NCBI GenBank assembly: GCA_963719085.1
Contig: CAVRAL010000001.1
Location: 1,248,001 to 1,312,000, forward strand
DNA: 64,000 nucleotides
Direction: 5' to 3'
Source: a candidate division FCPU426 bacterium
GTDB lineage: Bacteria > Oederibacteriota > Muellerivitia > Muellerivitales > Muellerivitaceae
Below the pieces are notes generated by a model. It had not been told where the DNA came from and did no database searches. It worked only from the letters and a program-made list of their open reading frames with translations. Below are positions 1 through 10,791 of this stretch, piece after piece (position 1 is the first letter of the stretch; every line of letters starts with the position of its first letter). The position numbers and the translations under genes were made by a program.

Positions 1-873
<873 letters not shown>

Positions 874-1427
874 AAGCCGCTTCAGAGACGTCCACTTTTC
901 CTCGAAAGACGTGAAAAAGGATCCGTCACGGATCCCTTAAAAAGCCTTTTAGGGACCCGGCTCCCCGGCCTTTTTTAAGCCCCAGTCCTTAAGTTGTTAT
1001 TCATCAGGCGGAATAAAAGAACCGTTGAATAGGCCCTTGGACGGGACTAAGTTCCACCGTGAATATTAAATTTTCCGGAAGAAGATTGGGTCTTTTAGGC
1101 GTTTTTGCATTTGAAGGCATTTTTTTTGAATGATTTTTAAAGGTCGCAAGCATCGAGACCCGCGGCCTTTTTGCTTTTCACGCTCTTGAACGACCTTTTT
1201 TCTTACCCCTTGCTCCAATGAAACAATCGCCCGAGAGCTTCTCAAACTCCGTTGAGCCTCGGAGGCCTCTGTTCGGCGAAGACCGGAGACCCTCGGCGAT
1301 CGTTCGCGAAGGCTGGTCCAGATGACAATTCGATCCAGCGTCGCATTTTAAAAGGGTTTTTAACTTGTTTCAGAGGTCCACTTGAAGACCTCAAGTAAAT
1401 CTTCGGGGTTGAAAGTCGGCCTTCGAA

Positions 1428-2171
1428 TCAACCTTTTGTCAAAACTTCCTTCAGGGACCGCCAATGAGACCCCATCGGGTGCCGCCAATAACGCCCTCGT
1501 TTCCAAAAAACCCGAAAGCCTCGCGCCGAAGGCTTACTGGTGATGACCCGGCACTTCTCGCCTACCACCTCGAACGCCGCGCAGTTGTCCAAAGCGATCG
1601 CCATACCCGGAAAAAACCGGGTCATCCGTTTAAGCTCAGGCTCCCGGTCCTTTTCCACGTTGTAGTGGGGGCAAACCATGGCGTCCAGAAGCCCTAAGCC
1701 CGTCACCTTGATCAGTTTCGCCTTTGGGTTTTTATATTTACGGGAATCCGAATTCCCTAAGCGGAACCAGCAGAGGGCGCCGGCGCTCGTCCCGCAAAGG
1801 ACCTTTCCCCGGTTTCCCGCTTGAATGAGAAGCCGGTCGAGCCCCAGCCTTTTCCACAGTCCCATCATTTTCAGGGTGTTGCCCCCGCCCACATAAATGA
1901 TATCCGCGCGGGCGACCCTTTTTTGAATCACGCGAAAGGCTGGCGGCGCCTTCCAAAGAAGGAGGCTTTCCACCCAGCAGCCTAATTTTCGAAAATGGGC
2001 CTCCACGGCCCGGACATAGGCCCTATCATCGCCGCTGGCCGTGGGCAGAAACAAGAGATGCGGATGGACTTTCCCGCTGAGCTTTAGAATTTCCCGGCTG
2101 ATGGGGGTCACTTCGGGCTTGGCGGCGCCAAAACCAACGCTTCCACCGCCGATGGCGATTATTTTTCGCAT
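1428..2171 (-). CDS. pepE: Peptidase S51 (dipeptidase E-like)
   Basis: IIAIGGG, FLPTAS, IYVGGGNT, nucleophile GTSAGA, CPHY. Start moved to MRKIIAIGGG behind an AAGAGG RBS. Confidence 0.85.
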   Translation of the reverse strand: MRKIIAIGGGSVGFGAAKPEVTPISREILKLSGKVHPHLLFLPTASGDDRAYVRAVEAHFRKLGCWVESLLLWKAPPAFRVIQKRVARADIIYVGGGNTLKMMGLWKRLGLDRLLIQAGNRGKVLCGTSAGALCWFRLGNSDSRKYKNPKAKLIKVTGLGLLDAMVCPHYNVEKDREPELKRMTRFFPGMAIALDNCAAFEVVGEKCRVITSKPSARGFRVFWKRGRYWRHPMGSHWRSLKEVLTKG

Positions 2172-2179
2172 AAGCCTCT

Positions 2180-2617
2180 TTAAGCGTTGGGCTTTTGCGA
2201 CCGACGCCAGCGGAGCCAATAGGGCCACCCCAGAGTGAACAGGGACAAAAGGACCGCGAAAAGGGAGAGACTATCTGAAAAGGTCCAGCCTTCCGCGGGG
2301 GCCCAGGGACCGGCGCGTTTAATGCGGTTCACAAATTCCCTCAAATCGGGATTATGGGGATTCAGTTTGAGGCTCAGTTCCATGTCCAGCAGGGCTTCGG
2401 TACGGTTCGAGGACTGGTAATAGGCCTCCCCCATAAATTGATAGGCCTGCCAATAGTCGGGCCGCTCCTGCAAAGCCGCCTGAAAATACTGGATGGCTTT
2501 TTCATTGTCCCCCTGTTTAAAAAGACCGAGCCCCGCGTTGAAATAATCCTCGGCCATGCCCGCGAAGGCCGCCGACGGAAGGCCGATCAAGATCAGAAAT
2601 CCCAATATCTTTTTCAT
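2180..2617 (-). CDS. Exported TPR protein with C-terminal membrane anchor
   Basis: Signal peptide MKKILGFLILIGLPSAAFA, two TPR-like repeats, hydrophobic C-terminal helix followed by a basic tail. Confidence 0.75.
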   Translation of the reverse strand: MKKILGFLILIGLPSAAFAGMAEDYFNAGLGLFKQGDNEKAIQYFQAALQERPDYWQAYQFMGEAYYQSSNRTEALLDMELSLKLNPHNPDLREFVNRIKRAGPWAPAEGWTFSDSLSLFAVLLSLFTLGWPYWLRWRRSQKPNA

Positions 2618-2702
2618 GTCAACCCCATGATTAAATTTGAAAAACAACGTGACGATTATAAGGATTTGGCCTTTTGTTGGGGAAGAAAGTCGTCGGGGAG
2701 AG

Positions 2703-3188
2703 TCAGTGTTCGGCCAGGACCTTTTCCACGTCCGGCGCGATGGCTTCCGGCGTGTCCGTGGGCGCGTAGCGGCGCAGGGGCTGCCCCTTTGGGTCCACCA
2801 GAAACTTGGTGAAGTTCCATGGGAGGTCCTCCGTCCCCGCGATTCCAGGCAAGGCCCGCTTCAAATAAGCGTAAAGGGGATGGGCGGAGTCGCCGTTCAC
2901 GTCAATTTTGCTGAAAAGCGGAAAGGTAACCCCATAGTTTAAGTCGCAAAAGCTTTGGATTTCGTCCTCCGAACCCGGTTCCTGGGCCCCGAACTGGTTG
3001 CAGGGAAACCCTAAAATCTCAAAACCTTGGGACCGGAGTTTTTGATAAAGCGCCTCCAGCCCCCGGTATTGGGGCGTAAAGCCGCAGTGGCTGGCCACAT
3101 TCACGATCAAAAGAACCTTGCCCTGATAATCCGACAGCTTGACTTCTGTTCCCTTGATCGATCGAACCTTGTAATCGTAAACGCTCAT
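2703..3188 (-). CDS. gpx: Glutathione peroxidase (Cys type)
   Basis: NVASHCGFTPQY, GFPCNQFGAQEPG, WNFTKFLVD. Confidence 0.95.
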   Translation of the reverse strand: MSVYDYKVRSIKGTEVKLSDYQGKVLLIVNVASHCGFTPQYRGLEALYQKLRSQGFEILGFPCNQFGAQEPGSEDEIQSFCDLNYGVTFPLFSKIDVNGDSAHPLYAYLKRALPGIAGTEDLPWNFTKFLVDPKGQPLRRYAPTDTPEAIAPDVEKVLAEH

Positions 3189-3209
3189 GGAAGACTCCTC
3201 GCCTAAAAA

Positions 3210-4931
3210 TCAGTCGACGGCCAATGGAATCGATAAGGTAAAACAGGAACCCTTGCCCTTTTCACTCTCCACCCAAATATCGCCCTGCTGGGCCTTCATA
3301 AAATTCTTAGCCACATAAAGCCCCAGACCGGCGCCGGCCCGGGAAGCTTCGGTGCCTAAAACCCTTTTCTGGGAAAAAAGCTGGGCCAAGGCGGCGTCGC
3401 TCATTCCGGTGCCCGTATCGGCGATCTTGAGTTCCACCTGACCCTTCACCACCCGGGCCGAAAGGGTGATGCCGCCCTTGTCGGTAAACTTAAGCGCGTT
3501 ACTCACCAAATTCCTCAACGTTTCCACTAATTTATCCCGGTCGGCCGTCACAAACACACCATAAGGCACGCCTTCTTTGGACAGGCTCAGGCCCTTGCGC
3601 TGAATGGTTCTTTCGTAATCCCGCAGGGCCATTTGAACCACCGCGGCGATCTCGCATTTTTCCAAATTAACCGCCACGAGCCCCCGGTCAATTTTAGAAA
3701 GACTTAAAAGATCCGAGATCAGGCGGAAGTTGTCCATGCCGATCTCCCGCATATCCATCAAATAGTCTTTTTGCCTGGCATTCAAGGGTCCGGCTAGACC
3801 GTCCACCATGTTCTCGATATAGCCGTTGATTTCCGCCACCGGGGTCTTGAGTTGGTGGGACACGATGGAGATCAGGCTGTATTTCATCTCCTCGATTTGT
3901 TTGCGCTCCGTGATGTCGCCAAATACCGACATGGCGTATAAAATTTCGCCGTTCACATCCCGTACCGGCGTGCCCCAAACCTGCAAAGGAACCACGGTCC
4001 CATCGGGCCGATGGACTTCCACGTCCTCAATTGAGGTGCTCTCCCCTTGCCAGGCCCGGACGATGGCCAGCTTTTCTTCCGGATACAGTTCTTTCGTTCC
4101 TTGCCGGTAGGCCTGTAAAAATAAAGCCGTGGAATCCCGGACTTCCCCTACGATGGTTCGGCCTAAAAGTTCTTTCCCTTTCCGGTTCAGGTAATAGGGC
4201 TGTTGGTTTTTGTCGACGATCAAAATACCCAGGGGAACCGCCTCCAGGAACTGAAAAAGCCGATGCTCATTCAACATGAGCATTTTCTGAAACTCGGCCC
4301 TTTTACCCGTCTCCCGCAGGACCATCCGGAAGGCCAACGCGCAAATCAATAGAGCCGCCGCCCCGCTGGCCAAGATGATCGCCAGAACACGGCCGGTGTC
4401 GGCTTCCTCGACTCTTTTACGTCGATCCAAAAGGTTTCGTTCCAAATCAACCACCGACCGGACAGACTCATCGATCTTTTGCGTTAGTTTTAAATTGTCC
4501 AGACTGTTGGAAAGATCAAACGCCTTTTTGAATTTCCCTTTGCCGCACAGGTCAATCCCCGCTTGGATATCCGCCATCCTTTGCCGAACCAGGACCTCGA
4601 CCTGGGCTAAGTTCTCTATTTGCTCCGAATTATCCGCGACCAAACTTTTAACCTCGGTCAAATCGGCCAGGGTGATCCCGGCGCCGGCCCGGTAGCGTTT
4701 CAAATCCTCGGGGTCCCGAAGCAAAAGATAGGCCCGGTATTGGACCAAGGCCTTGCGCAAATCCAAGACGATCCGCTGGGTCCCATCAATGACCGTCATC
4801 GAATGGCGCACCCACCTGGTGGAGTCTTCCAATCGGGTGATGCTGATATAAGAAAGGCAGCTGATTAAAAAAAGCGCCAGGAGGGATCCGCTAAAACCCA
4901 GGATGATTTTACGTCGAATAGTGAGCGTCAT
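3210..4931 (-). CDS. Sensor histidine kinase (CHASE3-PAS-HisKA-HATPase), no adjacent response regulator
   Basis: TM-CHASE3 (WVRHS..YRAYLL..LVADN..Q)-TM, PAS ending DITERK, H-box SHQLKTP, NLVSNALKFT, DTGTG, GAGLGL. Confidence 0.88.
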   Translation of the reverse strand: MTLTIRRKIILGFSGSLLALFLISCLSYISITRLEDSTRWVRHSMTVIDGTQRIVLDLRKALVQYRAYLLLRDPEDLKRYRAGAGITLADLTEVKSLVADNSEQIENLAQVEVLVRQRMADIQAGIDLCGKGKFKKAFDLSNSLDNLKLTQKIDESVRSVVDLERNLLDRRKRVEEADTGRVLAIILASGAAALLICALAFRMVLRETGKRAEFQKMLMLNEHRLFQFLEAVPLGILIVDKNQQPYYLNRKGKELLGRTIVGEVRDSTALFLQAYRQGTKELYPEEKLAIVRAWQGESTSIEDVEVHRPDGTVVPLQVWGTPVRDVNGEILYAMSVFGDITERKQIEEMKYSLISIVSHQLKTPVAEINGYIENMVDGLAGPLNARQKDYLMDMREIGMDNFRLISDLLSLSKIDRGLVAVNLEKCEIAAVVQMALRDYERTIQRKGLSLSKEGVPYGVFVTADRDKLVETLRNLVSNALKFTDKGGITLSARVVKGQVELKIADTGTGMSDAALAQLFSQKRVLGTEASRAGAGLGLYVAKNFMKAQQGDIWVESEKGKGSCFTLSIPLAVD

Positions 4932-5157
4932 GACTTCCTTTAGGTGTCGGTTGATATTACCGCATTCTATCAAACCCCATCCTGGCTTAAAAAACTCAAT
5001 CAAAAGACAAAACAGCCGATTTCATGGGGTTTAGCCCCGGTTTTGAAATACCCCTATCGCGGCCCCAAGCACGCCCCGAATTTTGATTAGACAAAAAACA
5101 ATGGATGCGGATCTATCCCACGAGTCTTGGAGCTTAAACTTTTTCAGGAGGATGAGG

Positions 5158-5391
5158 ATGCGACAAACGGACTATGTTTGGGGAATTTTCGGGGCCGCCC
5201 TTTTATCCATACCCTTTGGATTGATTTGGAACCACTTGGCGCCCCTTTACTTTTATCAACTGCCGGCGCTTTATCAACGGCTTCCCTTTTGGCATTGGAT
5301 GGGGCTTTTCGTCTTAGTGGCCATTCTGCGGACCCTGTTGTTTCCAGTCGGCCCGCCCGTCTGGGACTTTAAAAAACGCTTCAAGGACTGA
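5158..5391 (+). CDS. Small two-TM membrane protein
   Basis: AGGAGG RBS 6 nt before ATG 5158. Two hydrophobic segments. Confidence 0.55.
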   Translation: MRQTDYVWGIFGAALLSIPFGLIWNHLAPLYFYQLPALYQRLPFWHWMGLFVLVAILRTLLFPVGPPVWDFKKRFKD

Positions 5392-7486
5392 CACTCGGCC
5401 TTAAATCATACAAAACAAGTGAATTGTTTCGGCGTCCCCCACCGGTCCATCCGCCCGTCGCCGTCTCAATCGCCCGCGGGGATTGGGTCAAACGCCGGGA
5501 TGGTGGATCCGACCACCAAAGGGATTTTTTAACCGGCTTTCCATGCGCCTTCGCCCATCGGACGATGTCCGCTTGAAACCCGCCGCGAGGGCCGCCCCAA
5601 CCCGCCGGCCTTCCGGCCGGGTGAACCCTTCGTCCGCCGGAACCCGATTCCTGGATCAATAGGTATCGCAAATCACCGTCCCGGACCATTTGGGCGAATT
5701 GGGCGGCGGTCACAATCGGATCCGATCCCATGAACCCGCCTAATGCCACAAGGGGCTTCCCGGTTTGTATGATGATCGACGATATCAGCTGGCTGTTCGG
5801 GGCCGCCAGGAGGTATTTTTCACCCCGAGCGCGGGCCTCGAGAAACGCCAATAATTTCCCTGAATTCATCACGCGCCTAAACCCCGTGCGCGCGCCCTCT
5901 CCCGTCAAGAGATCGGGATTGGCCTCCACCGAGTTCCCGTCCCCCACAACCGGCGTCAAAGCCCATAAAGCCGGACAGATCAAAAGCCCGACCAGCGACA
6001 TCGCGAAAAAAACCGCGGCCCAAGAACGAAAAAGACCGATTCGAACCGAATGGGAAACCCATAAACCCGCCACCGCGATTCCCACCAGGATCCAGACCAT
6101 CGGGAGAATCAAACCCCGCCAATCCGGGTACTGGACCACGATGAAGCTTTGCCAAGCCGCCGTCAACGCTAAAACCGCCGTCAAAATGCCATTCGACTTT
6201 TTCCCCCCGGTTCGACACTCTTTCCAAAAAGCCCAGGCTCCAATCCCCGTCAAAGCCGCCGTGGCCGGCATCAGCAAGACCAAATAATAAGTATGCATGG
6301 CGCCTTGCATAAAACTCAAAACCAGCGCGTAGGCCGACAGCCAACCCACCCACAACCCCAAGGCCTGGTGCGCCGGCGCCCATCGAAGCTTTTGCGCGGA
6401 TCGGGCTTGCCGGAAAGCCGCCCCAAGGCCGGCCAATCCCAAGGGTAGAAGCCAAGCAAACTGCCCCGCCATTTGTTTTTCGGTCAACCGAAAGGGTCCC
6501 GGATCGCCGGCGCCCATCCCCATTCTTCCGTTTCTCTCCCGTCCCGGCGCCCCGGCAATTCCCGCCGCGGTGGAAACCCCGGCTTGATCCGCCCCGCTTT
6601 TCTCCAGTGGACCCGGATCTTTGCCGAAGCCCCGGCCCCGGTTCAGTAATCTTTGAAAGCCGTTCCAGCCCAAAGAAAGCCCAATCATGGAATTGTCGCG
6701 GCTGCTTCCCACATAGGGCCTTTGGGAAGGGGGGGTTAAATCCACGGCCAGGGGCCAAGACAGGGACACAAAAGCCAAAACTAGCGACGCGATTAACAAA
6801 TGTCCCGTCCGCCGCTTCCAACCGAGCGGCGCGGTGAAAAAATAAAGCGCGTAAAAAACAGGCAAAATAATAAAAGCGGCCATCATCTTGGTGTTGAACC
6901 CCACTCCCGCCAAAGCCATGGCCGCCAACAGATATTTCAACTCCCCTTTTTCGAACGCCAAGCTCATGGCCCCGGCCGATAAAAGCAGGACCAAAATTAA
7001 ACAGCTATCCACGTTATTGTAACGGTCCACGGCCACGCAAACCGGTCCCAGGGCCATCACTAACGCGGCCAGAAGGGCGGCCCCGGCCTCAAAGCGCCTG
7101 CGAACTAATCCATAAACCAAAGCCACCGAGGCGCATCCTTCCAATACTTGGGGCAAGATCAGGCTGAAACCCGAGTAGCCCAACCACCGCGCGCTGAGTG
7201 CCTGGAGCCAAAGCGCCACCGGCGGCTTGTCCACCGACACGAAACCCGCGGGATCAAACGAGACAAAGAAAAAATTATGCCAGCTCATCAGCATGCTGCG
7301 AACGGCCGCCGCGTAATAAGGATTCCCGGTTCCATTTTGGGAGAGATTCCAAAACCGTAAAAAAGCCGCCAATAGCAGGATCAGAACCAGCGCGGTTTTC
7401 TCGGCAAGGGTGGAAAAACCGGGGGTGGACCCGGGTTCACTCTTGGCGGGTTCGACAAAAAGAGACGTGGAGACGGTTGATTCCAT
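5381..7486 (-). CDS. GT39/ArnT-PMT family glycosyltransferase (YycA/YkcB-like)
   Basis: NPYYAAAVRSM..SWHNFFF.SFDPAGFVSVDKPP, RYNNVD, GFNTKM, GGFMGSDP, many TMs. Confidence 0.88.
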   Translation of the reverse strand: MESTVSTSLFVEPAKSEPGSTPGFSTLAEKTALVLILLLAAFLRFWNLSQNGTGNPYYAAAVRSMLMSWHNFFFVSFDPAGFVSVDKPPVALWLQALSARWLGYSGFSLILPQVLEGCASVALVYGLVRRRFEAGAALLAALVMALGPVCVAVDRYNNVDSCLILVLLLSAGAMSLAFEKGELKYLLAAMALAGVGFNTKMMAAFIILPVFYALYFFTAPLGWKRRTGHLLIASLVLAFVSLSWPLAVDLTPPSQRPYVGSSRDNSMIGLSLGWNGFQRLLNRGRGFGKDPGPLEKSGADQAGVSTAAGIAGAPGRERNGRMGMGAGDPGPFRLTEKQMAGQFAWLLPLGLAGLGAAFRQARSAQKLRWAPAHQALGLWVGWLSAYALVLSFMQGAMHTYYLVLLMPATAALTGIGAWAFWKECRTGGKKSNGILTAVLALTAAWQSFIVVQYPDWRGLILPMVWILVGIAVAGLWVSHSVRIGLFRSWAAVFFAMSLVGLLICPALWALTPVVGDGNSVEANPDLLTGEGARTGFRRVMNSGKLLAFLEARARGEKYLLAAPNSQLISSIIIQTGKPLVALGGFMGSDPIVTAAQFAQMVRDGDLRYLLIQESGSGGRRVHPAGRPAGWGGPRGGFQADIVRWAKAHGKPVKKSLWWSDPPSRRLTQSPRAIETATGGWTGGGRRNNSLVLYDLRPSVSP

Positions 7487-7492
7487 GGCCCT

Positions 7493-7521
7493 ATAGACGC
7501 CGATCTCCCGCGCTTTGTGTC
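7493..7521 (-). promoter_or_regulatory. Putative ECF-sigma promoter for GT39 (GACAC-N17-CGTCTAT)
   Basis: Same geometry as the divergent promoter at 7594-7622. Ends 6 nt before an ATG with no obvious RBS. Confidence 0.4.
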
Positions 7522-7593
7522 TTCCATCCCCACGCCCGGTTTGTACGTCCAACCGGTCGGGAACCTTTTGTCTTTGGGCCCGTTCCCACCGGC

Positions 7594-7622
7594 GAAACTT
7601 TTAAGAAGCCGCTCACGTCTAA
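7594..7622 (+). promoter_or_regulatory. Putative ECF-sigma promoter for spy-like gene (GAAAC-N17-CGTCTAA)
   Basis: Matches the general ECF pattern (AAC at -35, CGT at -10). Confidence 0.55.
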
Positions 7623-7667
7623 CCATCGAGTGGTAAAAAAAATCATCTTTTTCAACGGAGGTCGTTC

Positions 7668-8264
7668 ATGAAAAAATTAACCGGGTTTCTACTGGCAGGA
7701 AGCTTAACCTTTGGTCTTCCTTTTTTGGCTTTGGCCCAAGATCAAGACACCGCGCCCACGGATACGGCGGCGGCAGCCCAATCGGCCCCCGACCATCCTT
7801 CCAAGGGCCATTGGGATAACGCCCGCCACGGCGGCTGGAAAGGCCAAGACCGCTTCAAAGAAAAATACGCGCTGACGGACGATCAATCCGCCAAGCTCAA
7901 AGATCTTTTCAAATCACACCGGGAAGAAATGAGGCCCTTGAGGGAAAAAATGAGGGTCGAGATCGACACCCTGCGACTCGACGTTGATTCAAACGCCTCC
8001 GAGTCCCAATTGAAGGCCGCTTTGGATAAACTCTCGGCGGATAAAAAGACCTTGGAAGCTTCCAATGAGAGCTTCAAGGGAAAATTGCGGGCCATCCTGA
8101 CCCCCAAGCAACAGGCCCAAATGCTATTGGCGATGGGAGGCCGTTTCCAAGGCGGCTGGGGAGGTCATTTCCGGGGAGGCCGGGGCGCCATGGGACAGGG
8201 TTTCGGGCAGGACAAGCCTTCGGATGACGCTCAATCGCCGGCCGACACTTCCACCCAACCGTAA
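7668..8264 (+). CDS. Spy/CpxP family periplasmic chaperone
   Basis: Signal peptide, LTxxQ motifs (LTDDQ, ILTPKQ), helical core, GGAGG RBS. Confidence 0.8.
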   Translation: MKKLTGFLLAGSLTFGLPFLALAQDQDTAPTDTAAAAQSAPDHPSKGHWDNARHGGWKGQDRFKEKYALTDDQSAKLKDLFKSHREEMRPLREKMRVEIDTLRLDVDSNASESQLKAALDKLSADKKTLEASNESFKGKLRAILTPKQQAQMLLAMGGRFQGGWGGHFRGGRGAMGQGFGQDKPSDDAQSPADTSTQP

Positions 8265-8280
8265 TCCACACTCCAGCGGC

Positions 8281-8313
8281 GGCCCGTCGTATTTTTTACG
8301 GCGGGCCTTTTTT
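8281..8313 (+). terminator. Rho-independent terminator
   Basis: GGCCCGTCGTA / TACGGCGGGCC stem followed by a T run. Confidence 0.8.
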
Positions 8314-8423
8314 ATTTCCCCATCCACCACCCCGGCCGCGAAATTCAATTTTCAACCGTTTTTAGGCTTGTTTTTGGCCCGAAGGCCCTTATCCTTACCC
8401 TTCCATTTCCATCAAGGACCTTT

Positions 8424-10259
8424 ATGAGTATCCTGCTGAGCTGTCAAAATCTTTCCAAAAGCTACGGCCACCGGCCCCTATTTGAAAACCTATCCTTCGG
8501 CCTTTTCGAGGGCGAACGAACCGGCCTCATCGGTCCCAACGGCTCAGGGAAGTCGACCCTCATTAAGATACTAGCCGGACTGGAAAAATCGGACTCCGGC
8601 GTGCTTTCGGTCCGCAAAGGTCTTCGGGTCGGCTATTTGGCCCAACAGGATCATTTCGCCGAGGAAGCGGAAGGGTTGGATGTGCAAGGCGCCCTTCGCC
8701 GCGCGCTGGAAGGGCTGGGGTTGGAAGATTATGAGATCGACATTCGGGTGGACTCGGGGCTGGAAGACGCGGGTTTCACCGATCCCACCCAGTTGGTTTC
8801 CAAACTTTCAGGCGGTTGGCGCAAGCGGCTGGCGATTTTAGCCCAAGTTTTGCGCGAGCCCGACCTGCTTTTGCTTGATGAGCCCACCAACCACCTGGAC
8901 CTGGAAGCCGTGCTTTGGCTTGAGAACTACATGGAAACCCTGAACTTCTCCTTCCTCGTGGTCACCCATGACCGCCGTTTTCTGGAAAAGGTCGCCAACC
9001 GGATCATCGAGCTGAACAAGCAATATCCGGAAGGGTACTTCAGCAACTCCGGGAACTACAGCCAGTTTCTCGAGAAGCGGGAAAATCTTTTTAACTCCCA
9101 GGCCCAACGGGAAGACACCGTGGCCAATACCGTGCGCCGGGAAATCGAGTGGCTGCGCCGGGGCCCCAAGGCCCGCCAAACCAAACAACAGGCCCGCATC
9201 GACCGGGCCGGGGATTTGATGGGCGAGTTGGACGAGTTGAAGTACCGCAATTCCCAGGGTAAAAATGTCGATATCGACTTTTCGGGAAGCGGCCGGCAAA
9301 CCCAGCGCCTGGTGGCCGCCGATAAGGTGGTCAAAAGCCTGGGCGGGCGCAAGCTCTTCGGGCCGCTGGATCTTTTAATGACTCCCGGCGACAAGCTGGG
9401 CCTTTTAGGTTCCAACGGCAGCGGCAAAAGCACCCTGTTAAAACTATTGGCCGCGAAAATCCAGCCCGATTCGGGCACAGTCAAACAAGCCGATAAATTA
9501 CGCATCGTGATGTTCGACCAGCACCGGGACCAGCTGGAGCTGGACCAGCCCTTGCGCAAAGCGCTTTGCGAAAGCGGCGATTATGTACATTACAAGGGCC
9601 AGCCCATCCATGTGGCCAGCTGGGCCGCCCGCTTCCTGTTCTCCAAAGATCAATTGGACCGGCGCCTGCGGGAATTCTCCGGCGGCGAGCAGTCCCGCGT
9701 CCTGATCGCGCGGCTGATGCTCAAGCCCGCCGATCTTCTTTTCCTGGACGAACCCACGAACGACTTGGATATTCCCTCCTTGGAAGTCTTGGAGCAAAGC
9801 CTGACCGAATTCCCCGGAGCCTTGGTGCTGGTCACCCACGACCGTTATCTTTTGGACCGGGTCAGCAAAAATATTTTGGCCCTGGACGGCAAGGGCAACG
9901 CTGACTTTTTCGCCGATTTGGCCCAATGGGAAGCGTTTAGGGAAAATGAGATCGCCAAAGAAAAGAACAAGGGCAAGAGCCCGGCACCGGTGACCGCCGT
10001 GGCTTCCCCGGTTTCGGCGCCCCAAAAGAGCGCCCTCACCGCGAAGGAAGAAAAAGAACTGAAGGGCATGGACGCTTCCCTGCAAGCCGCCGAGACGGCC
10101 TTGAAAGCCGCCAAGGCCAAACTGGAAGACCCGTCGATTGCCGCCAACGTTTCCAAGCTATTGGAAAACCAAAAAGCCGTTGACGCCGAAAAAGCCAAAT
10201 TGGAAACCTTGATGAAACGCTGGGAAGAATTGGAAGCCAAGAAAAGCCAAAACGCCTAA
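8424..10259 (+). CDS. uup: ABC-F family ATPase (Uup-like)
   Basis: Two ABC domains (GPNGSGKST, LSGG, LLLDEPTNHLD; GSNGSGKST, FSGGE, DEPTNDLD), linker EIEWLRRGPKARQTKQQARIDR, C-terminal coiled coil ending RWEELE. Confidence 0.9.
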   Translation: MSILLSCQNLSKSYGHRPLFENLSFGLFEGERTGLIGPNGSGKSTLIKILAGLEKSDSGVLSVRKGLRVGYLAQQDHFAEEAEGLDVQGALRRALEGLGLEDYEIDIRVDSGLEDAGFTDPTQLVSKLSGGWRKRLAILAQVLREPDLLLLDEPTNHLDLEAVLWLENYMETLNFSFLVVTHDRRFLEKVANRIIELNKQYPEGYFSNSGNYSQFLEKRENLFNSQAQREDTVANTVRREIEWLRRGPKARQTKQQARIDRAGDLMGELDELKYRNSQGKNVDIDFSGSGRQTQRLVAADKVVKSLGGRKLFGPLDLLMTPGDKLGLLGSNGSGKSTLLKLLAAKIQPDSGTVKQADKLRIVMFDQHRDQLELDQPLRKALCESGDYVHYKGQPIHVASWAARFLFSKDQLDRRLREFSGGEQSRVLIARLMLKPADLLFLDEPTNDLDIPSLEVLEQSLTEFPGALVLVTHDRYLLDRVSKNILALDGKGNADFFADLAQWEAFRENEIAKEKNKGKSPAPVTAVASPVSAPQKSALTAKEEKELKGMDASLQAAETALKAAKAKLEDPSIAANVSKLLENQKAVDAEKAKLETLMKRWEELEAKKSQNA

Positions 10260-10378
10260 GCCACAAACCCCGCGGCCGCCGGCGGAAACAAACACCGGCC
10301 CATGACGCCACCCGAAGAAAGTCCGCCCGGGAAAACCCAGGGAGACGGCGTTTGGATTTTCCCGGACTTTCCCAAAAA

Positions 10379-10774
10379 CTAGGATTTAAACAATCCTTTG
10401 TAATATTTGTCCCAGTTGGCCCAAGCCAGGAAGATGGCCAAGATCACGTTCAAAATCGCGATCGGAAGACCCGACGGTTCCAAGAAACTATGGAACAATA
10501 AAATATTGACGATAATCGGGGCTAAAACCAAAAGCACCACCGGGGTGAATTGGTTGAGGATCAACAGCAATCCCATCGCCCCCTCCAAACCCTTCAGGAA
10601 TGGGAAAAAGTAACCGGAAGCCTTCAGCCCCGCGGCGAATTGTCCCATGGGCGTTGTGGTGTCAAAGGGCGGGATCTTCATGAAAAAATAACCCCAACCG
10701 AACACCAAAAAGATCAGCCCTAATAAAATCCTAGCTGCCGCCACCGCCACTCGAACCGCTTTCCCTTCTTTCAT
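10379..10774 (-). CDS. DoxX family membrane protein
   Basis: ARILLGLIFLVFG, SGYFFP, LAPIIVNILLFH. Start reset to MKEGK. Confidence 0.8.
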   Translation of the reverse strand: MKEGKAVRVAVAAARILLGLIFLVFGWGYFFMKIPPFDTTTPMGQFAAGLKASGYFFPFLKGLEGAMGLLLILNQFTPVVLLVLAPIIVNILLFHSFLEPSGLPIAILNVILAIFLAWANWDKYYKGLFKS

Positions 10775-10791
10775 CACCCGCCTCCTTAGAT

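Noticed and set aside
874..1000. c-di-GMP or other riboswitch
   Set aside because: A GAAA loop is present but the flanking GEMM consensus is not, and no co-oriented gene follows.
2703..3188. Selenocysteine glutathione peroxidase
   Set aside because: The active-site codon is Cys and the frame has no internal TGA.
5381..7486. GT39 as the O-glycosyltransferase for the Thr/Pro linkers
   Set aside because: Motifs fit the YycA/YkcB-like group, and it is not linked to the cargo cluster. There is no direct support.
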